From Octopus bimaculoides (lineage: Eukaryota): a DNA stretch of 64,000 nucleotides. The notes beneath the pieces are model-generated. The model saw only the letters and a program-made list of their open reading frames with translations. It did no database searches and was not told the origin of the DNA. Of the stretch, positions 40,590-54,106 are shown one piece after another; position 1 is the first letter of the stretch, and the number at the start of each line of letters is the position of its first letter. The stretch lies in assembly GCF_001194135.2 (NCBI RefSeq), contig NC_068983.1, positions 65,979,292 to 66,043,291 of the forward strand, in the 5' to 3' direction. The position numbers and the translations under genes are program-made.

Positions 40590-40810
40590 TTCTTTTCTAC
40601 TCTAGGCATAAGGCCGAAATTTTGGGGGAGTAGGGTCAGTTGATTAGATCGACCCCAGTATACAACTGGTACTTAATTTATCGACCCCGAAAGGCAAAGT
40701 CGACTGCGGCGGAATTTGAACTCAGAACAGAGTTTGAACGCTGTAAAAACAGACGAAATACAGGTAGGAATTTCGCCCGGTGCGTTAACGTTTCCGCTAA
40801 CACGCCGTCT
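40590..40810 (-). mobile_element. SINE family A. Further copies lie at 1-66 (-), 16790-16910 (-), 26700-26920 (+), 39945-40125 (+) and 45570-45755 (-)
   Basis: GATCGACCCCAGTA...TTTATCGACCCCGAAAGGCAAAGTCGAC...GGAATTTGAACTCAGAAC is the reverse complement of the family A core. Confidence 0.85.
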
Positions 40811-40844
40811 TATAGCGTAAAAGTGTTAACTATATATGAAGTGA

Positions 40845-41135
40845 GGACGTATGGCTTAGTGATTAGGGTGTTGAGATCGCTAGAACGTGGTTTCAATTCC
40901 TAGACCGGGTGGTGCGTTATGTTCTTCAGCAAAACACTTCATTTTCTGTTGCTCTACGATCACTTCGACACCTAACGCGTGCTACACCGTGAATTGTTCA
41001 TGCAACGTCACTTTGATGGAGAGTGTGAGCCAATGGACAGCACATACATTTGATCACTGTAGACAAATAATTTGTGCAGATCGTTCAGCAAAACCTGAAC
41101 ACTCATACATCGTCTTCAACGGGCGAGTCCAACAT
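40845..41135 (+). mobile_element. tRNA-headed SINE, related to family D
   Basis: GGACGTATGGCTTAGTGATTAGGGTGTTG...GGTTTCAATTCC...GTTCTTCAGCAAAACACTTCATTT head. Confidence 0.6.
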
Positions 41136-41439
41136 ATATGAAGTCAATATTCTCTAAATTACATTTCATTTTCAAAATTTAATAGAATCTACAAACAGAT
41201 TTTTTTCCTTCTTTCTTTCTTTTTTTAATTTAATTTAATTTTATTTATTTATTTATTTATTTATTTGTAAACACTTCAGACAAATATATTTCTGGTCGAG
41301 GCACTGGTGATAACACGAACTAATGAAATCGCAAACACCAAGAAACGTTTCGTTCAGTATTTATTTGTGCGCGTTCTCATTCAACGGCTGCAGCTCATTT
41401 TGTCGACTGTTACTGTTTTTTACCGTGAAATTTAACTTT

Positions 41440-41870
41440 TAAGTATCCCCATGAAAAACGTTCGGGGGTTTGAGGTCCACATCTTCTATACATCGTGCCA
41501 TGTACCGCTAACAAATCTCCTCCACTCCTCGGTTTGGACCATCTCCACACAGAGCATGGACTATTCTTCAAAGTGTGATAAATGTTTGATTTTGAAATTC
41601 GTGTCTCACAATTCGATTGCCACCCAGATGGTCTTCAACTCTATCAATTCATTTTTAGTATCTTTGCTTTGTGGATCCCGTCGATATCTGCAGTTTTCTG
41701 CAACGTTTCTTGTGAACATTCTGAATAGTATCAACTTCTTCAAACTTATTTTTATTTCGAATAATGATAAGCCGCTTAAGTGGATGCTTCCTTTTAAAGT
41801 GTCTTTGCACTTCGACTACATTATCAAACTATTGGTGGAACTTTAGAGCGAATTTCCTTTGTGTAGAACT
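41440..41870 (-). mobile_element. Tc1/mariner transposase, N-terminal fragment
   Basis: VVEVQRHFKR...NKFEEVDTIQNVHKKRCRK...IVHALCGDGPNRGVEEIC*RYMARCIED resembles VQRxFR..KFExxGTVxxxxKxRSGRP..HALxxxDxxRRxxFC. Confidence 0.7.
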
Positions 41871-43684
41871 TAGCCTACTCCCCTTTCTTATTCATAATGT
41901 GTTAAATCTAGAAAGAAATCAAAATTAAGTGAATTAGCTGCTTGTATACATTTTGGGGGACAAAGACACTCAACACATTTATAGGAGTCACGTATATTAT
42001 CATTTAAAACTGTTTGATTCGACTCCATGTGACTTAAAGCTTCGCAGGATTTTCACAAAAACATAACTCGTTCTGGATCAGATTACCGAAATGAGAAACA
42101 GGAGTCTAAGATGGCTACTGGAAGCTCAAGATTACTACTAGAAAATAGGCTGCTATTGGTCAAACCAGGTCACAAGGTGTTGTTAGGAGTGATATCGGCA
42201 TTTCAGTCGATCACTTTATATATAGAAGTGATGGATACCAATCCCGGTTCGATTCAGATAAGTGATGTTGGTGAGCTACAAAAATAGTGAAATTTCGGTA
42301 TCCATCACTCCTGGACGGGCCTGGGAGTGAGTTGTCTCGCATTTCTATAACTTACAGATGTTGAATATGTACGCTTGAAAATGGTTACAACAGTGGCTCT
42401 GCTTTTAATTCATAATTGTATTTAATCTTATGTATTCATCGTCGAGGCATAGCAGCAAAATGTTCTTACACTGTTTGTATATAGCTATAGACTGGCAATT
42501 CAGCTCGTCCCCGGTTCGATCCAAGTAAGTAATGTTGATAAGTCACAAAGATGGCGAAACATCAGTATCCATCACACCTGGATGGGAGTGAACGAGTTGT
42601 CTAGCCTGTCTATGACTTTCAGGTGCTTTAACACCCAGTGCTATGAGGGAGTCGTCCCTAGAGCGTTGTAACCCAACAAGCCAGCGAACAAACAAAACTC
42701 AAACAGTGAGTATATGCAATCGATAATATGCGTGCGTGCGTGTGTGTGTGCGCGCGCGCGTGTGTGCGTTTGTGCGTGCGTGTGTGTGTGTGTGTTTGTA
42801 TGTGTGTGTGTGCGCGCGCGCGTGACTTTGTCGTGTTTTAATTGCGACTTAGTATGGTATTAAACAGAAATATCCTTTATTTCGAAATATTTCCCCGAAA
42901 GCTCTGGCGTATTGTAGTGTTATATAAAAATACCAGTATTCACTGATATTTCGCTACAAACTTCGTATATCATTTTATAGAAATATAGTTCCATCTGATT
43001 ATTTACTACAGCTGTTGTATATTGCATTATTGCAGTATTATAGAGAAATATCATAGCAAAATGTTTCAAAACAAACTTAGAAAGTTGTATTATATTATAA
43101 TATCAGTATCACCCAAATTTTCCACCACAGAAAACTTATTTATATAAATTTGAGTAACTGCTCTGGTGCATTGTATGTAGTATTCTATAGCAATATCCAA
43201 ACCACCTGATATTTTTCAACAGCTGTAGTATATAGATTATGCATTGAATTTTTAAAGAAATATCAGGTGCTATCACCTGATACTTTATCAAAGACAATTT
43301 ATTTAGCCATTATCTATTGTCAACTTTATTGGTTCAAAGGTCGGTTCGATATCTGATATATTTCACAGATTACCATAAGTAATACTGAGATGTTATTTTC
43401 TTCAATCATCTTAGTCGAAGCTGTTGATAGGCCCCAGGTCAGCTCTGATAGAGTAATAGCTATATATGAGCAACCCGCCGTTTTTTTTTTAGAAATCTAT
43501 GACTAGCTCTCTTCATTTTTTTTAAGACGATAAGTGCAATAACTTCCTTGTAATTATACTGGATTTTTGTAAATATTTTGTAACAGAACGTTCCCTTAAG
43601 GTCTTTTCTTTCTTCCACAATGTTGGTATTCATAATCAGTAACACTACATTCCATATATATATATATATATGTTAAAGTCTGTC

Positions 43685-43735
43685 ATACCGGTCATGACGA
43701 AGGGAAATAGCCCTGAAACTCGAGTCGCCTTTATA
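43685..43735 (+). ncRNA. Minimal type I hammerhead ribozyme-like motif, probably inactive
   Basis: GGT-C(A)TGACGA-AGGG[AAATAG]CCCT-GAAAC[TCGA]GTC-GCC: 4-bp stem II, palindromic loop III, GUC triplet, and an extra A in CUGA. Confidence 0.55.
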
Positions 43736-44121
43736 TATTTATATTTATATATTTGATCCTTTATATTGAACACTCAATATTTCATCTACATTCAATACTT
43801 TTTTTCATGGTGCCATCCATTTTTATTTTATTTTATATTATATATTGTATATTATATTATATATTCCATATTCTATACCCCACATTGGTTCTGCAGGAAT
43901 ATAAATAAAACATAAAAAACAGACAGTGTTGGAACTCTTTTAAACAAAATAATATATTCCTCTATACACAATCATACAAAAAAACCACCTTTTTTGTATN
44001 NNNNNNNNNAGCACGAAGTATTGTCAGTGAACAGGTCGCTGTTTCAAAGGTACGAAAATATTTTGACACAAATTAAAGGTTTTTTATGTTTTTAAATGGC
44101 TTATAAACATCTTCCACGATT

Positions 44122-44159
<38 letters not shown>

Positions 44160-45139
44160 CGAAGAGGAGGATCTTACCATTATTGTTGCTGCAGTTGTTT
44201 GTTCTTTAATCCCATGCCTATTCTGGTCAAATTCATCAAAGATATTCCACCCTTGACCATGCCGCCTAATTTTTTGCTTTCCTGAATTATCTAGAACTGC
44301 ATGATCTGCTGTGTCCTTTCTATATAAAAAACAACAAAATGGGATTTGTGGAAAATGTAGCTGTTATTTCCAGAAAGCCGTTTGGCTACGTAAATGCTTC
44401 ATTGTTTTTGATGATGTTGCCGTTGTTGTTGTTGTTGTTGTTGTTGTTGCACTTGCTAATGATACCATCGTTATCGATGAAGTTGTTATTGCTTCTGCTG
44501 TTGTTGCTGACGTTGACACTAATGATGATGAAGATGATGATGATGATGTTTTTTGCTCGTGCTGTTGATTATTGGTGTTACTGATGTTGATGAGGTTGTT
44601 GTCAACTTACTTTTTGTTGTTCGTTTGTTGTTATTGTTATTATAGCTACTCTTAAAAACGTTTCCAACGCTACTGTAGTTGTTGTTGTTGGTGGTGGTGG
44701 TGGTGGTGGTGGTGGTATTGTGTCTTTACTGCTGCCAGTGCAGGTGCTGTTTCTATTACAGCCTGCTATCTATCAAATACTACTACCATATCAGATCTGT
44801 GCTGCAATTAAACACCATTAATTAACAGAACCATTTTCTTCTGTCATCGTTCTATTCAGTCTGGCTGGAACCATTCTCTTCAAACATCATGAAACTGCTT
44901 TTGTCTATTTTTATTTTTTGTTTTTCTTTCTTTCTTTTTTTGTTTTTGTTTCGTGCGCGTCTTCACTAATTTATTCAAATATTTAATACGTCTGTCACTC
45001 TTATCGCATTTTTTTTCCTTAAATTAGCATTATTGTTATTGTTATTATTATTATTATTATTGATGTGGCAAAAATCATACAGCGTTGGATTAAATGCTTT
45101 CCAGTATTTAGTTTACATTTTACTCAGATTTTCCATTCA

Positions 45140-45415
45140 TCCCACAATGTCTGAACTAAGGTTTTTGGTACTAAAGATGCATGATACGATCTTTGAGAAT
45201 CTGCGGAGGATACGGGTGACTGTTCAGAAACTGCGGAGGACGTGTTATATTCGATTCCAAAAGGATACAGGTGACGAAGTGGACACGATCGACTTCGATG
45301 GTCTACAGTAGTCCAAGAAGAATGAAGAATTGTGCTGTGAAAATCCGATTTCAGCTTCTGAAATAATAGGCGCTAAGTCTTTGGATTGCGAGAGTTATGT
45401 CACCAGATCTGGAGA
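45140..45415 (+). mobile_element. Degenerate Tx1/L1 fragment (region just before the RT)
   Basis: EELCCENPISASEII...ARVMSPDL resembles ExCEGPITxxE...GKSPGLDG. Confidence 0.45.
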
Positions 45416-46011
45416 GTTTTTCTTTTTTAGCTTTATTACAGCAAGTCAGAATCGGTCAGCCCTCTCTTGACAGAAATACAGTACCATGCAGAAAGAAATT
45501 TCATTTTGTGTGAGCTGTGAAACAGTGGGTTAAGTCAATATAGACATACATATTTGTTTCAAATTTTGGCACAAGGCCTGCAACTTCAGATGCGAGGTAA
45601 GCCGATTACATCGACTCCAGTACATATTTCATCGACCCCCGAAAGAATGAAAGGCAAAAATCGACTCCGGCATTTGAACTCACAACGCAAAGTAGAAAGA
45701 AACGGAGCTAAGCATTTTGCCCGCGCGGAAACGATTATGCTTGCCCACCAGCTTAATCAGGCCTTACATATCAAAAGACAGTATATGTGTGTGTTTGTGC
45801 GCGCGCGCGTGTGTTATATCATATATTATATCTATTAGATGTTGATACGCATAGTTTAAATTATTTTGTTGTTTACATTATTTTAATTATTATCACTCTA
45901 GTCTAAAACATATATAACTCTTACATACAGAAATACATACTCAATGTCAATGGTGCATACACATATATAAATATATATACATACACATATATAAATATAT
46001 ATGTATGTGTG

Positions 46012-47476
46012 TGTTGTGGCGATAGCCACGATACCCCGCTTCGAGAACAGACTTGACCAAACGACTATAAACAGTAGCGGTCTGAATGAGAGAGTAGGTG
46101 TTAATTGTAGGAAGTCGTAAGATGTCGTTTTGGTAGTTTGTCAGTATATCGTTTGTTGGTTCGTGCATAGTTCATGAATAGACTGTTGGATTATTTTGTT
46201 GTTGTTACCCTTCTTCGTTATATGTTTATTGTTACTACAATGTTATAGTGTAAACAAGTATAGTCATAAATAGTGGTCATACTACAATAATTTGTGACGC
46301 GTAACTATGTTACAATAATTGGTGACGAGGATTCAAAGTTCACCTAGGTCAGTTAACAATTTTTTGTGATGCAAAGCTGTTAATGATGGAAGACTTATTA
46401 GCTTCTATAATACAGTTTCAGAAACAGCAGCAAGAACAGCAACACGAGTTGCAGAAACAACTGCTTCAGCAGCAAGAAAAACAACAACAGTTAATGGAGT
46501 TATGTCGTGAGAAGTTCAGAAACACTAAAGATTCATTTACGCCAGTTGGTGTATCGAACTCTATAACAGAATTCAGCTATTACCCAGAGTAAAGTATAAC
46601 GTTTGCAGCGTGCTTTAGAAAGTACGAAAAAATTTTCAAGGGAGATAGCAAGTCGTGGACGGACAACGAACAAGTAAGACTATTATTACGTAAATTAGCG
46701 CCGGCTAAACATGAAAAATATTGTAATTTCATACTACCCGAAAAAACTAGTGAAATTTGTTTCTAGGAAACAGTCGAACTACTATCAAACATGTTCAGTG
46801 ACAAGAGTTCTCTACTTGATACTCGATTGGAGTGCTGGAATCCAGTTAAAAGAGATGAAGACTTTGTCATGTAAGCCGGGACCGTAAACGAAATGTGCGA
46901 AACGATTAAACTGAAGGAACTAACTCGGGCTATGTTTAAGTGCCTCATTTTTGTAGAAAGGCTTACGGCAGCCAAAGATGCGAGGATACGTGCAAGAATT
47001 GTCACAAAACTTGAACAAGCAGACCAAAGTTTAACCCTGCAGACAGTTGCGGAGGAGTGTCAAAGAATAGTAAACGTACGTCAGGACGTAAAGAAAATTG
47101 AAGAAACGGAATTCTCACAAGTACAAGCGTATCGATTGGGAAGTTAGAAACAAAAAAATATTAAGACCAAACACATGCTACGGATGTGGAGCCCAACATT
47201 TCAAGAAGGATTATCCTTTCAAAATGCAAAAATGTTATAGTTGCCAAAAGGTAGGGCACAAGAGCTCACATTGTAGAGCAAAGTTAGGAAGATCGAACAT
47301 AAAAAATTCTAAAGTTCTCTCAACGGAAAGTAGAAACGACACCAAAAAGTGGAAATTAGTACATGTAAAAGTAAACGAAGTGAATAGTAAATTACAACTA
47401 GATACTGGTAGTGACATCTCGATTATTAATACTGATACTTGGATAAGCATTGGGAGACCTACGTCAAGAAAAACAT
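46012..47476 (+). mobile_element. Gypsy (Mag-like) LTR retrotransposon, 5' half: putative LTR, PBS, gag with two zinc knuckles, and protease
   Basis: TG...CA candidate LTR 46012-46314. PBS TGGTGACGAGGAT at 46320-46332 is complementary to the tRNA-Ser(GCU) 3' end with one transition. Gag starts at 46384 with internal stops; CYGCGAQHFKKDY and CYSCQKVGHKSSHC; protease LQLDTGSDISII. Confidence 0.92.
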
Positions 47477-48630
47477 AGCCAAGAAAGTGAGGATTGTCAT
47501 AGGCGACCTGGTGTGAGAGGCACAGACATGTGCCATCCCAGGAAGGACGATACATGAAAATCTTCATCTCATTCGCTGCACCATAGAGAGGGTTGGTAAA
47601 GTTCCTGGCAAAGGTGGGGCACTGGTGAATTTGGATCAGTCTAAGGCATTCGATAGGGTCGACCATCGGTATCTGGCGGAGGTCCTCCGGGCGATCGGAC
47701 TGGGCCCGACTTTCCGAGGCTGGATCGAAGCTTTGTATTGCAACATCGAATCTGTCGTTCGGGTGAATGGATTCTTCTCGAACCCGTTCGCAATCTAGCG
47801 TTCAGTTGAGCAGGGTTGTCCCCTGTCCCCGCTCCTGTATGTATTGGCTCTTGAGTCACTGCTGCGGAGATTGGGGACTATGGGGACAGACCCGCATGAT
47901 CTGTGTTACGGTAGAAGTGCGACGGCATATGCGGATGCTGCTACCATCATCGTGTCTCACGAAGGGCAGCTACCTCGTGTATAAGACGCCATCAACAGAT
48001 ACGAAGCGGTGGCAGGGGTAAAAATTAACCAGGAGAAATCAGTCGGCTTGCAACTCGCACCTGGCGTGGCAAGTCGATGCCTCCTAACAGCATCGCCGGA
48101 CGCTAGACGGAGGGCCCAGTTAAATTGCTCGGAATCTGGTTTGGACCAGATCTCCAGGTGGAGAAAAACTGGAGCGAGGTGACGAGTAAGGTGACGACCA
48201 TAACCCAGACCTGGTCTGGAAGGACGTTATCCTTACTAGGAAGGGCCGAGGTTGCTCAGGTGTTTACAGCATCTTTGATAAATTACGACCTAACGGTCGT
48301 GCCTTGCCCCGGTTTGTGGCTGACCAAGTTGGAACGGATCCTTTTCCGCCTTTTGTGGACAGGGAAACGCCACTTGCGAGGCACTCCATCTGCTGCCAGA
48401 AACCTTTAAAGGGTGGACTGGGGATGCCTTGTCTGATGATGCGCAAGTATGCACTGAGGCTGAGACATCTCTGGCGCTACCTGGTTGGTGAGCAGGTGTG
48501 GTCACCGCATGTCAAGCAACTTCTTCCACAATTGAAGTCCCTCAACGACTTAGATACATGGATCAAGCGGAGACCTGGGATGGGAGAATGGCAGAAAGAG
48601 AGCACACAAGCACTCACTCTGTTCTCTCCA
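47477..48630 (+). mobile_element. Tx1-clade (L1-like) LINE reverse transcriptase fragment
   Basis: AQTCAIPGR, LDQSKAFDRVDH, QGCPLSPLLY, AYADA, KLLGIWFG, GGLGMP. Contains stops and frameshifts. Confidence 0.95.
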
Positions 48631-48711
48631 AGCGAGCTTTTTGAAAATCAGTGTAAACTGTGAAACCCGTTAAAAGATATTTTAACTATTTTCAGCTTCT
48701 ATTTTTTCTAC

Positions 48712-48814
<103 letters not shown>

Positions 48815-49974
48815 CAAAACATACTTTATTACGCTCGACATAAAATTGTGATTCAATGTTTCTCTTTAATAGACATAACACATACATGTGGTATAAAACG
48901 GGAATTTTTATTGCATTCTTTCTCACTAATATCTAAAAGAGAATATTTCTTATTTCAAGGTGATATCATTGAGATTATTTCTCATATTTATTTACGTGTG
49001 TAAAATGCGAAAATTCCCATTATATCAGAAGCACTCGTCTTTGGTAGCAAAGAAAAGATAAAGATATTTTCGAGAGTGCGGGAAAAATAGAAAATTTATG
49101 GTTTTTAGACTATTATTATGTCAAATGTAATTGATTCAACAAACGATATAGTTAAAGTTTTACACTGATTCGATGGTGACGTCATAGTTGTCATAGTTGG
49201 AAAGATATATGGTTTCTTAATAAAATTCTAGAAGTTGGACCATTATACATCTCACAATCTGACTGACATCTTAATACTAATTCAAATGTATATCTTAATT
49301 CTTTTCTTATCCTTTACATGAAAAAATTCAACTGGAAAATTGAATGTAAAGAAAATTAACTACATTTATTTAATATGAATGAGTGCGATCGATTCCAAAG
49401 CCACAGTCTTCGGCGAAAAGATAATAAAGAATATAGACATATCAACATTTATTGGAAACTAAAACGTCACGTCACTCCATGCAGCTGTGAGTTTACTCCA
49501 CTGGAGATCTTGGTGCTATTGACCGAACAATATTTCATCATCTAGAAAATTAATAGATATACTGAAAAAGTTTTGCTTTTTAGTTTACGAACGTGAACAC
49601 ACGCACTTATGTATGTATATGCAGAGCAGTATGGTTAAAAACGTTTCTTAGCAAGCACGTGTTCTCAGTTTCGAGACCCACAGAGTGAAAAGTTCAGCAA
49701 GCGTTTCTAACTTTGGGCTATACAATATACGCTGAGCTCAATTATGTAACGGAAACTGCTCAGATCCCGTCGTATACTGACATACATACACACACCACTT
49801 TCCATTTCCTTTTACCTTCCACCCTACTACTCTGCCCTTACAATGTGCCACTCCGCCCCCTTTTTCACTGCCTCTAATGTAAAACTGCCACTTCCTGCTT
49901 CTTGCCTCTTCCACCTATTCTTTCTTTCAAGCAAACCTGCAAACTTCGCCACCTCCTCATCCCTAGCACCTCCT

Positions 49975-50580
49975 TTTCCACACCCCATTCAATTGTCAGG
50001 GATGGAATGAACAACCTTCTGAAGTATGTCGTCAGGGATATCAAGGAGAACCTCCTGAATCCATGTCACCAAGTCCTCCAGTGTGCGAGGTTTTGTCTTG
50101 CACACCTCTTTTGTGTAACCTCACAGGTAAAAATCACATGGAGTGAGATCTGGACTTCTGCAGTCACAGTCTTCAGGTTTTAGCTCCTGCACGTAATGGG
50201 GTTTCTACGGATGGAAATTCAATTTTTTATGCAACACCGTATGTATTGTGTGTCTTGTTAGTCCAGTTTCACGAGCTGCTTTGACGTGTTGATTTTTGCG
50301 GTCTTCGATTAGACATTTCCTGCACTGTTGCCACGTTCTCCGTTGATCGGGATGTGGTTGGACGGTCACTTCTTCTTGCATCTTTCATAGAGCCTGTGGT
50401 CATCAGCTTTGCATAACAACTTTTTATTGTCTTCGGACGTAGTGTTGCATGCTTACCTTTCTATGCACGCCATCAACTCTGAAGCAAAGCAATGGAAGTT
50501 CACATTTCATAGCGTACTGCTATCTTAGCTCGCTCCTAAACAGTCAAGCGACCGGCTATCTGAAAAGTAAGAAAGAAGAC
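49975..50580 (-). mobile_element. Tc1/mariner deletion derivative
   Basis: AARETGLTRHTIHTVLHKKLNFHP*KPHYVQELKPEDCD is fused to CRSPDLTPCDFYL*GY...KPRTLEDL. The catalytic core is deleted. Confidence 0.85.
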
Positions 50581-51456
50581 AATAAGAAAATAAGAAATCC
50601 CCACTAGTGTTGTCTGTTTAAAAAAATATTTTCGTCATGACTTCAGTGATACTAAAATTCTATAATGCATTTTTCACTGCCTGCCTCTTAAATATAACCA
50701 CTCCCTTTTATTTCCCTCCCCTCTCCCATACTGCTCCTCGGTACCCCACTCACACCAATACATCCCCTACTACCGACATCTCACCCTCACCCCCACACAC
50801 ACCCTCACAACTCTCAGCACATGCATATCACCATTCTCCCATCATACTGTTTCCCTGGCACATACGTATCCACTAACACTACTTACACATTCGCATATAA
50901 ATACACACCTGCACTTGAGGGCACATCCACCCTCACAAGTACATGATACTCTGACACTTACATGTATTCTCACTCATACACTTTCCTTCTCCCTGCCAGC
51001 CCAGCTTTACTTGTTCAACACATCCCTTGCCACATACTCTCCGACTCACCGACTCTTTAGTTCGTTATCACACATCTACGTGCGCGTGCACTTCTTACTC
51101 ATCCTATCGTATTACTTCCCATCCATTTCGTTCACTTGCCAACGAGTTTTTCATATTCCTTTTGATATATTTTTTCTTCTTACTACAAGACTTGCCATGC
51201 CACACGCCCCGATTGCACTTCCATGGCCTATTTTTATCTTACATAACTTACCTCTAGAAATTATGACTGGATTCTAGCATTTTAACATCGTTAAACCCTT
51301 AGAACTCTGCTCAGCAATGAAAAAATATTTTGCTAAAAACATACATTTTCTCCTTTTTATTCTCCCCTGCTTTAAAGTTTGTTTACGTGCTTGCACTTTC
51401 GCTTGCTTTCTCCCTTCTCGGACTTCGCACCAGTTATGTAACCTTCACAAAATACC

Positions 51457-51665
51457 TACGCCGAACTATTAAGGAATCTACAACTGCTCTATCCAGATTA
51501 CAAGTTCAGGTTTATACCTGTAATTATTGGGGCACTGGGATATGTAACACACTGCCAAAATACCAAAGCTTCTCAAAACCAGAAGAGAGAAAGCAGATTC
51601 GAAGACAACAAATCCAGTCCATCGCTACAACAGTAAACATCTGCAAAACTAAAGAAAATTTATGA
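51457..51665 (+). mobile_element. R4/Dong-like C-terminal fragment
   Basis: YAELLRNLQLLYPDYKFRFIPVIIGALGYV is homologous to 16170-16250. Confidence 0.85.
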
Positions 51666-51899
51666 AAAACAAATGAAATAAAAAAATTAAAAAACAATAA
51701 AGATTAAATAGCATAAGTTGAAACGTAAAGAATAATAAAAATATTCAGATAGGAATGTTACTGGATATTGTAGCATATATAGGTGGGAATGCACACATAT
51801 ACACAATTAGTTAAACGAATGCGTGTATTCTGTACACGCATAATCAGATGATATATCTAAGTGTACAGAAGTAGGAGCGTTTAGTCTGATGGTTATAAC

Positions 51900-52240
51900 A
51901 AATTGCAGTATGTCAATATATGCTTGTCAGCATGCTTACATTTGGCAAATACCTCAGATCTCGCGTATAAGAGGTTTAGCAGAATTCTGAAAGGTTTTAT
52001 GAGTGTGATTATTTTTAGCCGCAAAAATTCACACATTAACTTATGCTTCATATAGTTTCGAACACTGAAATATCTTCCACCTTATTATAGTTAATTCCTT
52101 CAGTTTTGTCTCTTCAGTGTAATTAATTAAGGAAGTATGGTTAAAGCCTTGCTCTTTAAATTTCCCTCCAGTGTTTGTGTACGACAGCAAAGTATAGTTT
52201 GGTGAAGGTAGTTTGAGCTTCATATACAGTTGACTCAGTA
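51900..52240 (-). mobile_element. Naiad-type PLE GIY-YIG fragment
   Basis: YTNTGGKFKEQGFNHTSL...IRWKIFQCSKLYEA*VNVCNFC (one frameshift), matching YIG.T...FKER..NH...I.W.I...PY....C.LC. Confidence 0.6.
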
Positions 52241-52559
52241 CTACATGACTGAGTTAGTGGGTATATATATTTCTGAATGAACAGCTGGTCTTGGTTCATT
52301 TAGGTGGTGTATGCGTAATAATTAATGGTCCTCTTGTTTGCGGAAAGATTATAATTGCATTTAAAATTATTGCTATTGAAAAACGTTTTCCAAATTTAAG
52401 GTTAGTGCAAAAATGTTAATCGCTAAAACCAAAATAAAAAGCAACAAAAAAAAACGAAAAACAAAAAAATGTTCATGGACTAGAGAGTAACAGCTACTAC
52501 AAGCTAGTGCGTGAATATATAAAAGTGAAGCAAAATAGTAATGTAGCTCACAAATTAAA

Positions 52560-52845
52560 TAGGATTATAGGTTTGAGTGCGAAGTTTGTTATACTTAAGT
52601 ACTTTAAAAAAATATTTGCCTCTAACCCATAATACAGGTGAATTAACTCTGCTAAATCGAAATCGGATTAATTTACAAGAAAAATTTAGGTAACGTTAAC
52701 AGCAATATTAGAAAAGTAACTAACCTTCAACAATAGTGCAGTCATTCGTTGGTTTAAAAATATCAATTATAAAATTACTCTAAATACACCCAACCCAGCA
52801 TCATCGACTTTCAATCCACATTATACAAATTTTACTGAAGGCTAC
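52560..52845 (+). mobile_element. Naiad-type PLE RT N-terminal fragment
   Basis: LINSAKSKS..NNSAVIRWFKNINYK..IIDF, matching LINPxKSxIG..NxxxVIxWFKNI..FDIxDFYPSI. Confidence 0.6.
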
Positions 52846-53228
52846 TGTGACTTATAATACTATGAATGATAGTAAAATAGAAATTATACTACATATTAGA
52901 AAATCTTTACTTTTTGAAAACTTCTTAACTACTTCAGCCATACCTGTACGCATGTACGCAGAAAGTGGTAAAGGAAAGCGAGTGAAGGTATAAGCACGTG
53001 AAGAGGGTTTAAAACAAAAGAGAAAGTGGGGTTTCAGGAAGCGAGATAAACAAGAGAAAATAATTCACGATAAAACATATTGACAAAAATAAATATGAAT
53101 ATACACACGCATATATAAAATAGCCTCGTGCAATGGCCATACTCGATAACGAGGGGGCAGCCATCATGTGTATACATACATACATACATACATACATACA
53201 TACATACATACATACATACATACATACA

Positions 53229-54106
53229 TGCCATTGATGTGAAAACCCAGCATACAATTCCCACATCAACAGTCACGCAGACCGCCTCTACCTAAAACGA
53301 AAACAAGGACGCAGAGGCTTAACACCAATCCAGACTGCCTTTGAATGTCGTATCATATCCTTTTGGCAATATCTTTTAACCACCAAGTGTCAATGTGCAT
53401 CCCTTGACCAAGTTTACATGCATGAGGCTTGGAAAGTAGCTCCTTGAGCAACATTCCTGATAACTTTAAACACATGCCCAAAGAAGTCACACGACTCTAT
53501 CGCGACGTATCATCAGATGAAAGGATGAGCATATATGAGCAGAAGACCATGCATGGATATGTTAGTAGAAAGCTCCGAGATGAGTGTAACATTGATCATC
53601 AAAGGTGTATATCATGAACTAACGACTGGATTACAACCTCCCACTTTGAAGGGTATGTGTTTGCAATCCAGGAACAAGAAATATCAATCAAATACTTGAT
53701 GCACACAAGGGACAGAGACGCAGGAAAAGCAGCAAAATGTGATAACCGATGCAGACTTTGTGGTGTTAACACCGAAGACATCACTCACATCATAAGCAGT
53801 TGTCCGAAAATTTCGTCACGGTATTATCTACCAATGAGATATGATGTTGTAGTTAGGACACTGTACAATGAGATCCGTCGGAAGGATAATCCCGAGGCCA
53901 AAGAAATAAGAACATAGAGTATGGTAGAAGGCATGGCCACTCATAATAAAAAGGAGCACTGGTGGAATGTCCCAGTGACATCTCAATAAAATGTAAACAC
54001 GATAGGCCTGACATAGTAATTTGGGATATTTTGGCTTGGAGAAGAGAAGCTGTGTACAGTTGTGGAAATCAGCTGCCCAGCGGATGTTAATATAAAGCTA
54101 AAGATC
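53229..54106 (+). mobile_element. R4/Dong-like non-LTR retrotransposon fragment
   Basis: RLYLKRKQGRRGL, MHGY, FAIQEQEI, CRLCGVNTEDITHIISSC, MRYDVV, PDIVIWD..VVEISCPADVN. Starts directly after (TACA)n and is cut by the RTE at about 54107. Confidence 0.92.
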
